Shown: positions 1-9,535 of the stretch, in pieces | Position numbering within the stretch: position 1 is the stretch's first letter | Layout: every line of letters begins with the position of its first letter | Origin: Nitrososphaeraceae archaeon | Lineage (GTDB): Archaea; Thermoproteota; Nitrososphaeria; Nitrososphaerales; Nitrososphaeraceae | Direction of reading: 5' to 3' | Length of the DNA: 59,675 nt | NCBI GenBank assembly: GCA_035250975.1 | Contig: DATFEP010000083.1 | Location: forward strand, 1 to 59,675 | Notes under the pieces: generated by a model | Told to the model about the DNA's origin: nothing | Databases searched by the model: none | Seen by the model: the letters and a program-made list of their open reading frames with translations, nothing else | Made by a program: the position numbers and the translations under genes

Positions 1-188
1 TGAAAATATTCTAATTAATATATTCAAAGTTTTACATTTTAAAACCAGAAAATTTCGAATATTGACACAATAAGGACTTGACATGTATTGACAGTCATTA
101 TAAAAACAATTTAGTAAATTTAATTATGTTTAGCAAATACTAGAAATATCGTAAATACAATTTGTTTGAATATATTTTAATATTAGAT

Positions 189-236
189 GATAGAACCCAC
201 ATTTGATGAACAAGGGTTCGAATCCCACTCCCCGCG
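189..236 (+). repeat. Degenerate tRNA-3'-end/att-like repeat, copy 1
   Basis: gatagaacccacatttgatgaacaagggttcgaatcccactccccgcg contains a T-arm-like gggttcgaatccc. It closely matches 4046-4092. Confidence 0.6.
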
Positions 237-551
237 GTTCACAAGGTGATTCTACAAAAAGGAATAATATCAAGATCCGCAAGGAATTTCGGAGAGATAA
301 TTTTTTAAAAAGAAAATGACATTGCAGATCTCACAGGTAACAAAAAAAGGAAAGGAAAAGGAAATTGGTGATAGAATATTTTCATGAATACCATGGTGAA
401 CTATTTTATCCTTTTAAATAATTAATAATGGTAATGGAGATTGCAATAGGACAAATTATCCAAGATTTTTCTGTAATAATGAAAAATACATCCCCCGTAC
501 TCTCCCACAAGTTCTCTAGTGGCTATATCCTAGATTTTTTATCGTCAATAA

Positions 552-1055
552 ATGGGTAGAACTATTCCATCATTCAGAATCGCAAGTATCCTAGAGGAAC
601 AGGATGGAAACCATATCAAAAACATCTTAATAAAGAGGATAAAAAACTTTTCAAAGAAATGTTTTCTATTGCTAGATTATACAACAGTGATTGTTCGTAT
701 TCCGTAAATCCCTTCCGAATATATCCAATTTTTATGTCAATAATTTTTCATAATTATGAGAAATTAAGGTGTAAAATGGAAAAGAAAAACTGTAATTTTG
801 AAGATAAAAAGAACATCATTCCTAGATATGCAGTCTCAATAATTGACAATACTATTCTAACATCAGAAATAGAATCTTGGCATAAATTTTCAGATTGTCT
901 AAGAAGAAATAAGAAGGAATTATTTGAACAAATGTTACAGTCCTGCTACAAATATTCACCGTCGATTAATGCCAAAGGAGAAGATCACTCTAGAGTCATT
1001 GCTTATGACATTATTGTTTGAACAATATGCTTCCTTGGATCATCTAAAACAATAA
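552..1055 (+). pseudogene. Frameshifted tandem pair of small helical 'MGRTxPxF/YR' family domains (family known next to PolB2 loci)
   Basis: ATG at 552 reads MGRTIPSFRIASILEEQ, then shifts frame into WKPYQKHLNKEDKKLFKEMFSIARLYNS (ORF 659-1021). A second paralogous domain (EIESWHKFSDCLRR...AKGEDHS) shifts frame into ESLLMTLLFEQY. Confidence 0.6.
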
Positions 1056-1156
1056 TTCAATCTATCAATCAGTAACAAGATGGTTCTATAATTACTATTT
1101 GTATTACAATTCCTGATAAATAAATAAATTAAATTTATTTGATAAAAAAAATATGG

Positions 1157-2131
1157 TTAATTGTCTAGAAACGTGTTAACAATTGCGCTTAACCTTTCAG
1201 GATATTGGGACATTATTGCGTGACCACCATCTTTGAACTGTACTAACCATGCTCCTGAAATTTTCTCTGTTAACATTATGGAATTTGCAGATGGTAATAC
1301 AAGATCATTTGTACCTGCTACTACAAGTGTGTCTTGAGATATATCTTTTAATTGATTACATGTTCCTTTCCAAGAGAAAATTGCATCAAATTGTTTTTCA
1401 AGTATATCAACAGGAGGGAATTCTAAAGATGCAAATTTTTTCATATAGTCAGGATTTTGTTTAATCCAGTTTTCAGTAAATAAAAGAGGAATAAATCTTT
1501 TCTTTATATCTTCAGAAGAACCTGATAGATCTGTAAATTGTTCTACAATTTGCTGATTTGGTGGAATTGATTGATTTCCTCCACAACTAGAAGCATATAT
1601 TATTAAATCATCGACTTTGTCCGGATAGTTTAATGTTAATTGCTGAGCAATCATTCCACCCATTGAATATCCCAAGACATCAGATTTGTTAATTTTAAGA
1701 GTATCTAATAACCATGCACTATCCTTAGCGAATTCATCGATTGTGAAATTTTTAGAACCAATAGTAGTGTTACCAATACCACGATTATCAAAAACTATGA
1801 CTGTATGATTTGCAGATAATCCTTTTAAAAAAGTTGGATCCCAAGCATACGTAGATCCTGCATAACCCATAATCAATAAAATTGGATCTCCTTTACCAAA
1901 GGTTTTATATGAAATGTCAATATCTCCAACTTTAATTTGTTTGGAAGAAATGTTAGCTAAATTGATTGTGTTATTATCAATAGGATCAGAATCTAGAGTT
2001 TGTTGAGCATAAATTAAGACAAGGTCATGATGATAATTATCAATCATTGCAAAACTAAGAATACTCATTAAAGCAATGTTTAATGCTACAATATTGAATT
2101 GTGAAATCATTATCATTATTTCCATTCCCAA
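1157..2131 (-). CDS. Secreted/membrane-anchored alpha/beta hydrolase
   Basis: Hydrophobic N-terminus, DNRGIG, nucleophile elbow GYSMGG, GTND acid and GGH histidine. The true start may be a few codons downstream. Confidence 0.85.
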   Translation of the reverse strand: MGMEIMIMISQFNIVALNIALMSILSFAMIDNYHHDLVLIYAQQTLDSDPIDNNTINLANISSKQIKVGDIDISYKTFGKGDPILLIMGYAGSTYAWDPTFLKGLSANHTVIVFDNRGIGNTTIGSKNFTIDEFAKDSAWLLDTLKINKSDVLGYSMGGMIAQQLTLNYPDKVDDLIIYASSCGGNQSIPPNQQIVEQFTDLSGSSEDIKKRFIPLLFTENWIKQNPDYMKKFASLEFPPVDILEKQFDAIFSWKGTCNQLKDISQDTLVVAGTNDLVLPSANSIMLTEKISGAWLVQFKDGGHAIMSQYPERLSAIVNTFLDN

Positions 2132-2529
2132 ACCTTTTCAATAGAATTTCCAGATTCATCTACTTCAGTTTCAAATACTCCTATCTTATTATTTAAAAAC
2201 GAGAGTTTTCCATTTGTTGATTTTGATGATGTCCAAAATACAGAACCACGAAAACTGGAGCTGATCTGTCCTTTAGAATGGCCTATTCCACATCCCCTAA
2301 ATGTTGCAGTATCTTCACCATCTTTGGTAGTTATTATTCCCTGTCCTTCAACATAAGTTACATATTTCTCTGTAGTAGGAATAGTCAAAAATGTTCCTAG
2401 TATTGTAATTTCAATATCTTTAAACTTCCCTTCTTCTATCATGGAGTGTTCAACTTTGTATTCATCTGCATTTATGATTCTAGAACCTGTAAGTGTACCT
2501 TTTATAACAAATAATAATTCTCCAAGCAT
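2116..2529 (-). CDS. Hypothetical beta-rich protein
   Basis: Intact 137-aa ORF abutting the hydrolase, ending in KVWEWK. No function recognised. Confidence 0.65.
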   Translation of the reverse strand: MLGELLFVIKGTLTGSRIINADEYKVEHSMIEEGKFKDIEITILGTFLTIPTTEKYVTYVEGQGIITTKDGEDTATFRGCGIGHSKGQISSSFRGSVFWTSSKSTNGKLSFLNNKIGVFETEVDESGNSIEKVWEWK

Positions 2530-2823
2530 TTAGTTGTTAATTTAATTGCATCATGTATATAAAAGATATAATTTCCAATCTTTTGTTCTCTAAGACATAA
2601 ATCGAATGAGAAATCAGAATCAATATTTAATTCTTCATTAAACAATTTTATTTGTTTCTGTATGTTTGTATTTCTATTTTTTTGTTTAGTACTAATTTTT
2701 ACAAATATTATCGTTTTAGATTATAACTTTATAGAATAGGTTTTTGCAAGCAAAGTATAAAATAAAATATTAAAATTCAAATAAAATAATAAATATAAAC
2801 TCTTATCGATAGTCAGAAGTTTA

Positions 2824-3888
2824 ATGGATCAATTTGTGATTATTCCTAGTTCAGGAGAAAATCTAGATGAGATTCTGTATTTCGAACCTAGGATAGTGAA
2901 GATTTTAAGTGGGATGTCTATAACATGGATGAATCGAGATACAAAAACACATAGATTAACTTCTGGTAATGCCGATTCTTTATTACCGACTGAATTTTTT
3001 CATACTGAAGACATACCTGGAGGAAAATCAGCAACAATCAGAATTCTAAGCGACCAGCCAGCAATCACTTATTATTGTTCCCTTCATCCTGCTGAGAGAG
3101 GAGTAATTGCAATTCTTCCAAAGGACGAAGACGAAATGACCAATACTCAAAGACTACAATTCTTGGATTCTATAGTTCCTTCTCTATTTGATAATGAAAA
3201 TAGAGAAATCGTAACTCGTCTACAAAGGCAAGTAGACCCAGCAATTGTTGAGTATCTTAGTAATTCTCGAGCTGCTTTACTAAGGAATAAAGTCTTGACT
3301 GTAGTTTTCTGGGATATTAGCGGTTTTTCAAATTTGTGTGAGAAACTACAAGATCATCCAGAATTAATTGCTGAATTCCTTAGAGAATATCTAGGATTGG
3401 CAACTCGGATAATACATGAACACGGAGGAGTAGTTGATAAATTCATTGGAGATGGGATACTTTCATATTTTTGCTTCAAAGAGAATGATGTAGATGGATT
3501 TGAAGGTGCAGAAAATGCGATACTTGCTGCTATAATTTTGAGAAGACGTTTTAAAGATATTAAAAATAACTGGTTAGAAATATGGGGAAAAATAATTGAT
3601 TCTAATATAGATATCGATATAAAATGTGGTATGAACACTGGATCGGTTCTTGTTGGACTTTTGAGAAGCGGGGAAAGAGACCAATTTACAGTGATCGGAA
3701 CTCATGTAAATTTGGCGAGTAGAATGGAAGGAAGAGCTAAAGAGGGTGAAATTATCATCTCATCATATACAAAGCAAAGGGTACAGGAAAAATTTAATAC
3801 TGAATTTATACCAGTATCAAGTGACGACAAAATAAAATCTTTTGAAGATATTAGCGAATATTTTAAAGTTATAGATACAATATCTTGA
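2824..3888 (+). CDS. Cupredoxin-domain class III adenylyl cyclase
   Basis: N-terminal plastocyanin-like segment (FEPRIVKI...ITWMNRD..THRLTSG...YYCSLHP). C-terminal cyclase motifs FWDISGFS, VDKFIGDG, GMNTG and FTVIGTHVNLASRME. Confidence 0.85.
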   Translation: MDQFVIIPSSGENLDEILYFEPRIVKILSGMSITWMNRDTKTHRLTSGNADSLLPTEFFHTEDIPGGKSATIRILSDQPAITYYCSLHPAERGVIAILPKDEDEMTNTQRLQFLDSIVPSLFDNENREIVTRLQRQVDPAIVEYLSNSRAALLRNKVLTVVFWDISGFSNLCEKLQDHPELIAEFLREYLGLATRIIHEHGGVVDKFIGDGILSYFCFKENDVDGFEGAENAILAAIILRRRFKDIKNNWLEIWGKIIDSNIDIDIKCGMNTGSVLVGLLRSGERDQFTVIGTHVNLASRMEGRAKEGEIIISSYTKQRVQEKFNTEFIPVSSDDKIKSFEDISEYFKVIDTIS

Positions 3889-4045
3889 TCCATTATCTTC
3901 ACTTTTTGGATTACAATTTGATTGTTAAGCTGAAATGATATTAAGTCAAGATAACAATATAATGGATCAAAATGGTCAAAAATACCATTATTGATGGTGC
4001 CTATGACAATAGCAAGAAGTTGTAGATTATCCTTTTATCTGTGAG

Positions 4046-4092
4046 GATAGAATCCGCATTTGATGAATAATGGTTCTAGTCCACTCCCGGCG
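4046..4092 (+). repeat. Degenerate tRNA-3'-end/att-like repeat, copy 2
   Basis: gatagaatccgcatttgatgaataatggttctagtccactcccggcg is a direct repeat of 189-236 with several mismatches. Confidence 0.55.
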
Positions 4093-4532
4093 CTCAACTT
4101 GCGGAGTGTAATCACAATAAGATGATAGACGAATCATTTTTAAATTATTATTATTAGATGATAAAATGATCAAAATCTTTGGATCAATTGATAAAAATAA
4201 CAAATTAAATTTTTATTATTAATAAGGTCATATATTTTACAATTTCTAAATGTGCTCTGAATTTCAAAGGTAAATGGAGGATACAATGTAAATCTACTGT
4301 TGCAGCAGATGATCCTCTGTTTGCTGGAATGATGCTTTCCTCGTGGGTATCAATAATAGAAATAATAATTTTATTATTTATACCTTCAATTTTATTAATA
4401 TATTCTAAAGTTTCAAAATCTCTTCAAAATTGAATTAATTAGCTCTTGGTGGAATAGCATCTGCCTTAGCCGATACAATAAGATATGTCTAAGTATTTAT
4501 ATCAAATATTTTTACTAATTTTTATAATTAAA

Positions 4533-5902
4533 TTAAGATTTTTCTATTCTAATTTTTTTAGATTTAGCAAAAGAAACATCAATGAAGAATAAAATACTCA
4601 TAAAAACTAAAGAAGATAAAATTGTTGTAGAATCAAATTGTAATAACATTATAAAAGAAATTATATTCCCATAATTGCAAAAATAGGCAATCTTTGCAAA
4701 TTTAGAGAAAAATGAGTTTGGTAAATAGGAAGAAGATTTTTTTAACTTTAATAATATCAAAGAGATATTAACAAATGGAAATATTGTAAATATTCCAAAA
4801 ACAGCTATTTTTGATACAGAGGATATATTATTAGAAGATACAATAATTACTGTTATTGATAATAAGGCAGTTATTATTGTTGCTAACCAAGAGGTATTTC
4901 TTGTCTTGTGAATTTTTGGAAAAAAATTAATTAGAGCAACATCTTTTGACATACCATAAATTATTCTCGATGAAGATATTAACATCATCAGTATTGTATT
5001 TGTTGTAGCAAAAAGTGCTATAGTAGAGATTATAAAGTTACCTTTATTTTCAAATACTGTTTCAATTACCAATGATAAGGGAACATTTGATGAAGATAGT
5101 TCTTGCTATGTTACTAAACTTAAAGAGGATATTACTACTAAGACATATACTATAGTTGTAATTACTATAGATAATAATATAGCCCTAGAAATTGTTTTTG
5201 AAGGGTTTTTTGTTTCTTCTGCAATATTTGGAATATTTTCAAATTCATAATAAGCAAAAGAAATTAATGTAGATGCTCCGAAAATTAGTCCAATTGATGA
5301 TAAAAAATTATCGTTATTATTGTTATTGTTTGACATTTTGTCAGAAATAGGTGATTCTAGAAAATTAACATTGGAAAAGTTTCCAAATATAAATCCAATA
5401 AATATTATTATCACTAATCCTGATAATTCAATTAATGTAAAAATAGTGTTAAACCAGATAGACTCCCTTATTCCATAAAAATTAATGAAAGATAAAATAG
5501 CTACTATTAATATAGAAAAAATAATAGGTGGATAGTCAGGTAAAAATACCGAAAGGTAATTTGAAAATCCTATTGCAACTGCCGAAGCTGAAACTACACC
5601 AACAAATATTGTTAAACAACCAACAAATATAGATACGGATAATTTTCCAAAAGAATTTGTTACATATACATATTCTGTTGCACTTTTAGGAAATATTGAT
5701 GAAAGTTCTGCATAACTAAATGCAGTACATATTGCAAGGAAAGAAGAAATGATAAATGGATATCCATAGTAAATTTCCTGCTATCTCTGATGCATCACAA
5801 ATTATTACAAATATTTCAGCACCTAAAATTAGACCCAATTCCATACATAGTAGCATGAAATAGATTTATTGTACGTTTTAATGCTGGAGCAGTTTCAGTC
5901 AT
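4533..5902 (-). pseudogene. APC-family amino acid permease, fragmented
   Basis: Starts MTETAPALKRTINLFHATMYG at 5902. Later pieces include FAYYEFENIPNIAEETKNPSKTISRAI and SSSRIIYGMSKD. It is broken by frameshifts and stops (ORFs 5106-5414 and 4533-5072). Confidence 0.85.
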
Positions 5903-6044
5903 ACTTTAAGAACTTTAAGAAAAGCAGAAGTTTAATATATTTTAAAAGATAATTCTTTCTTATAATTTTATTAATCAAATTTTATTAAATAGAATCTCAC
6001 ATTGATCATATTCTTGAATTGTAATACATTTTACTATTTATAAT

Positions 6045-6449
6045 ATGAATAATTATGATAATGTAGAATTTAGAAAAGGATACATAGAAGAGAAAATCCA
6101 TATTGAAGATGATTCTATAGATGTTGTTACAAGTATTTTGTAAATAATTTGACGTAAAACAAGAGAAATAGTTTCAAAGCAATTGTCGTATGTTGAAAAA
6201 GATGGAAAAGCAAGATGATTATTTCTGACTTAGTAACAACTAAAGAAATTAGGAAAGATAATATCAATGGCGAAAACTGGTGTAGTTACATTTACGGTAC
6301 ATTAACAAAAGAAAATTATATGCAAAGTATTAGGGATACTGGATTTCAAAACATTAGATATTAAATAAAAAAATATACATGAATGAAAATCATTTTAGTG
6401 ACAGAGAAAAGTAATCAGCATAATAGTAAAAGCAATTACAAATTATATG
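6045..6449 (+). pseudogene. arsM: Arsenite methyltransferase-like remnant (C-terminal half)
   Basis: Manual translation across frameshifts gives NVEFRKGYIEEKIHIEDDSIDVVTS, MIISDLVT and NWCSYIYGTLTKENYMQSIRDTGFQNI. Confidence 0.65.
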
Positions 6450-6502
6450 ATTACAATAATGAAGTTCCATGAAAAATTTTCTCGCAAGAAAGACTATAAT
6501 CA

Positions 6503-6860
6503 ATTCTCTTTGTATGTGTTGAAAACGCTGGAAATCAAAAGGAAAAGGTTCTTAAAATATGCTCCCAATACAAATTGAAGGAACAAAACATGTTTCACAT
6601 ATTAATGCCAAAGCAGCACTAGTAATGAAAGAAGTTGGGATAGATATCAGTAAACAACATTCTAAAGATATAACTGATGGAATGATTCGTAATTCGGATT
6701 CAATAGTGAATATGGGATGTATGGATAAGAGTTTCTGTCCTACAATAGTTTTACCGAAGGTTATAGAATGGAATTTACAAAATCAAAAAGAACATTCGAT
6801 TGAAAAAGTAATGGAAAATAAGAAATAAAATAGAAAAATGTAAAGGAATAGTAACACCAT
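6503..6860 (+). pseudogene. arsC: Arsenate reductase (LMW-PTP family) remnant
   Basis: ILFVCVENAG at 6503 with the P-loop RS deleted or frameshifted. ORF 6559-6828 carries VMKEVGIDISKQHSK and VNMGCMDKSFCP. Confidence 0.75.
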
Positions 6861-7629
6861 TATTGTAGACAGTATGTTTTTCATATTTTTCAATCAAAGA
6901 ATGACTAAAATTATTTGCTACAAACATTTTTCTTCTCAAATATATTACAAGCACCGATTTTTCAAGTTCAATACAGTACAGTACAGGTCTATCGATAATA
7001 TTTAAAGTAATATTTGATTATTTTTTTATCTACTACAAAAGCAGAACGTTGTCCTATAGATTTGAAAAGATCCAACTTGATTCAATTTGAGATGTAACTT
7101 CTTTTGTTTTCATCTTTAGAAGATTTCAATCGCTATTTTTCCAGACTGATAGAGAACAAGAGAGGAAATAAATAGAGAGAAGAACAGATCATCAATCCTA
7201 TGTTCTGTTTCTATTCTAATGATCAAGAATTGTTAGAAAGAAATAGCACATTATAGCAATAAATATCGTTAAACTAACACAATCATGAAACTGCTATAAA
7301 AAATTCAGATCAAAAAAAATGATATTATTGTGGATAAGCATTTTTTATTAGATTTAAGAACATATTGGTTAATCAGATGTGATAGTATCTAATTCTAATA
7401 AAAAGTTTATATACATTTGAAAATATTTTTTATATTCCTCATAAATTTAAATCCTTTTATCAATTTGGTATTTTAAAATTTAATCTACTTTCTATTCTAT
7501 CAATTTTCAGTTATTTTTTATTTGGGTTAATTCATTCTTTAATAAAATATTGTTAAAACAATCAAATAACAATCATTCAAAATTGTTCTGTTTCCGATCA
7601 ATATAAGAATAAGTGTTTTAAATATATAC

Positions 7630-7845
7630 ATGTCTATGGATAAAAAAACAAAATCTAGTAGTAAAGTTATAAAATCTACTAAATCAAAAGCAATTCAGAA
7701 GGCAACAACACCTGCAAAAAAAGCCAGTACAAAGAAGGCAACAACACCTGCAAAAAAAGCCAGTACAAAGGAAAGTGATAAAGTGAACATATCACCTGAA
7801 AATATTGCTTCACAACAAATCCAATCTGAAACTACTGAATCTTAA
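7630..7845 (+). CDS. Small Lys/Ala/Thr-rich basic protein with PAKK repeats (histone H1-tail-like)
   Basis: 71 aa with KATTPAKKASTK twice. AT-rich TATA-like sequence lies directly upstream. Confidence 0.6.
   Translation: MSMDKKTKSSSKVIKSTKSKAIQKATTPAKKASTKKATTPAKKASTKESDKVNISPENIASQQIQSETTES
7699..7770 (+). repeat. Perfect 36-bp tandem duplication (2 copies)
   Basis: aaggcaacaacacctgcaaaaaaagccagtacaaag x2, in frame. Confidence 0.95.
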
Positions 7846-8037
7846 GTGATTGACTGTAATTTGATCATAACTGAAAATCAATAATATTCACTTTATTCAA
7901 CTATTATTTTATTTTTATTTTTTTCCTAAAATGATTTGGATCCATTTTTCTCGATTTTTTGAGATAAATGTTAAAATGAATTAAATAAATTCTATGCTAA
8001 TTATATATAACGTGTTACTTTGTAGCAGATATATCTT

Positions 8038-8628
8038 ATGATGAACTTACGTATACATGAATCTACAAAATTACTTTTTATGAAATTACTCAAGATTTTT
8101 GAAGAATCAATTGATAGTGTAGTTATGTTAACCAGGGCTTTTAGTGTTTCAAATGTCATTCATATGGGAAAATTCTATGATGGTATTAAATCAGAACCAT
8201 ACGTTAATCATCCACTTCGGGTAGCACTAATAATGGCAGGAGAATTAAATATAAAAGATAAACATGTAATTGCTGCAGCGATACTTCATGATATATTTGA
8301 TCAAACATATGCAAATCAATTCCAAGACAATCTTAACGATGTAATAGGAGAGCAATCACTAAATCTTGTTTTATCCGTCATGAAATATGATATAAAAGAT
8401 ATGGAGGTAGATCAATATCATAAATTACTTTTAAAAAGTTCAAAAATTCTCAGATATCTCATTCTCTCTGATAGAATAGATAATATTAGAACCCTCAAAC
8501 AAAGTCCCCATAGAGATATGATTAGTCGATATAAAGAAGAAACTCAAAACTATTTTTTACCTGTTGCCAATTTAACTGATGATATCTTGGTCTTTAAACT
8601 ATCTGTTGCTCTATATGAACTCAAATAA
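8038..8628 (+). CDS. HD-domain hydrolase, SpoT/Mesh1-like
   Basis: EPYVNHPLRVA, AAAILHD and LSDRIDNIR match the RelA/SpoT-type HD domain. Confidence 0.75.
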   Translation: MMNLRIHESTKLLFMKLLKIFEESIDSVVMLTRAFSVSNVIHMGKFYDGIKSEPYVNHPLRVALIMAGELNIKDKHVIAAAILHDIFDQTYANQFQDNLNDVIGEQSLNLVLSVMKYDIKDMEVDQYHKLLLKSSKILRYLILSDRIDNIRTLKQSPHRDMISRYKEETQNYFLPVANLTDDILVFKLSVALYELK

Positions 8629-9535
8629 ATAGATAATACCTAACTAATATCTATTTTTGTGTTATTTTTGGTTCTTAAATTCAGTCGAATTGAATTTGAG
8701 AATAGCTTAATGAAAAATATTTCTTTTTTTGTCACATGCTTTTAGAATGGGAGAAGATATACCCAAAGTATTTTTGCAAAAGGAGATCTGACTATTTAAT
8801 AGTGTCATGGACATAGTTCTGGTTTAATAATATTAGATATTAGTAATATTCACTTGGATACATTTATAATATTTAGATATGAATTTACGATTATTTATTA
8901 GATCGAATATAAACTCCAACTATTTCGATTAACAAAAGTTCATTTACAAATTTTTTATAAAAAATGATTCTTATGCTTAAAATGATATTTTTAATGTCTA
9001 TAGAATATATTAAATTTAGTTAGCCGGTATATTTAGAGAAATAGAAATTGATGTTTCATTATTTGATGGTCAACTTAGAGGAAGTAAATGTGTGTGAACT
9101 TGGATTTAACAAAGATCTGATATGTTGTATTTATAAAAGAAGAAATGAATCTGTAATCACATATATTGTTTCACAGAAAAGATGAAACATCAGAAAACAT
9201 CAACATATAAATCATAATATTACTAATATATCATTGGAACTTATTGTCAAATACAGTTTCATTTTTTTCCAGAGTGGAATTTACTTTCAAGTTAAAAATA
9301 CTAGATTTCATACAATTTTTTTAATAAAATTATAGAATAAAGTTCTATCATTTATTTTATATAAATTGATTAACTGAGGTTTGAATTACTGAACCTGGCA
9401 CATACATTTTTAGCTAATAGTTATCAATACATGTGTAATAAATGAGACCGTCTAACCAATTTGAGTTTAAGGTTATAACATAGTCAAAGAAGGTATAAAA
9501 ATAATTTATTGAAAAATTATATTATCAATTATCAA

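Noticed and set aside
189-245. Intact tRNA gene around gggttcgaatccc
   Set aside because: No D-arm, anticodon arm or matching 5' acceptor strand upstream. Kept only as a remnant repeat.
4268-4325. Fluoride-riboswitch-like sequence (ggtaaatggaggatac...gatgatcctc)
   Set aside because: The P1 stem and consensus fit poorly and no intact downstream gene exists. The region may instead be a decayed membrane-transporter fragment that I cannot assign.
7040-7260. Possible cation-diffusion-facilitator fragment on the minus strand (DLFFSLFISSLVLYQSGKIAIEIF)
   Set aside because: A single hydrophobic stretch is too short to assign.
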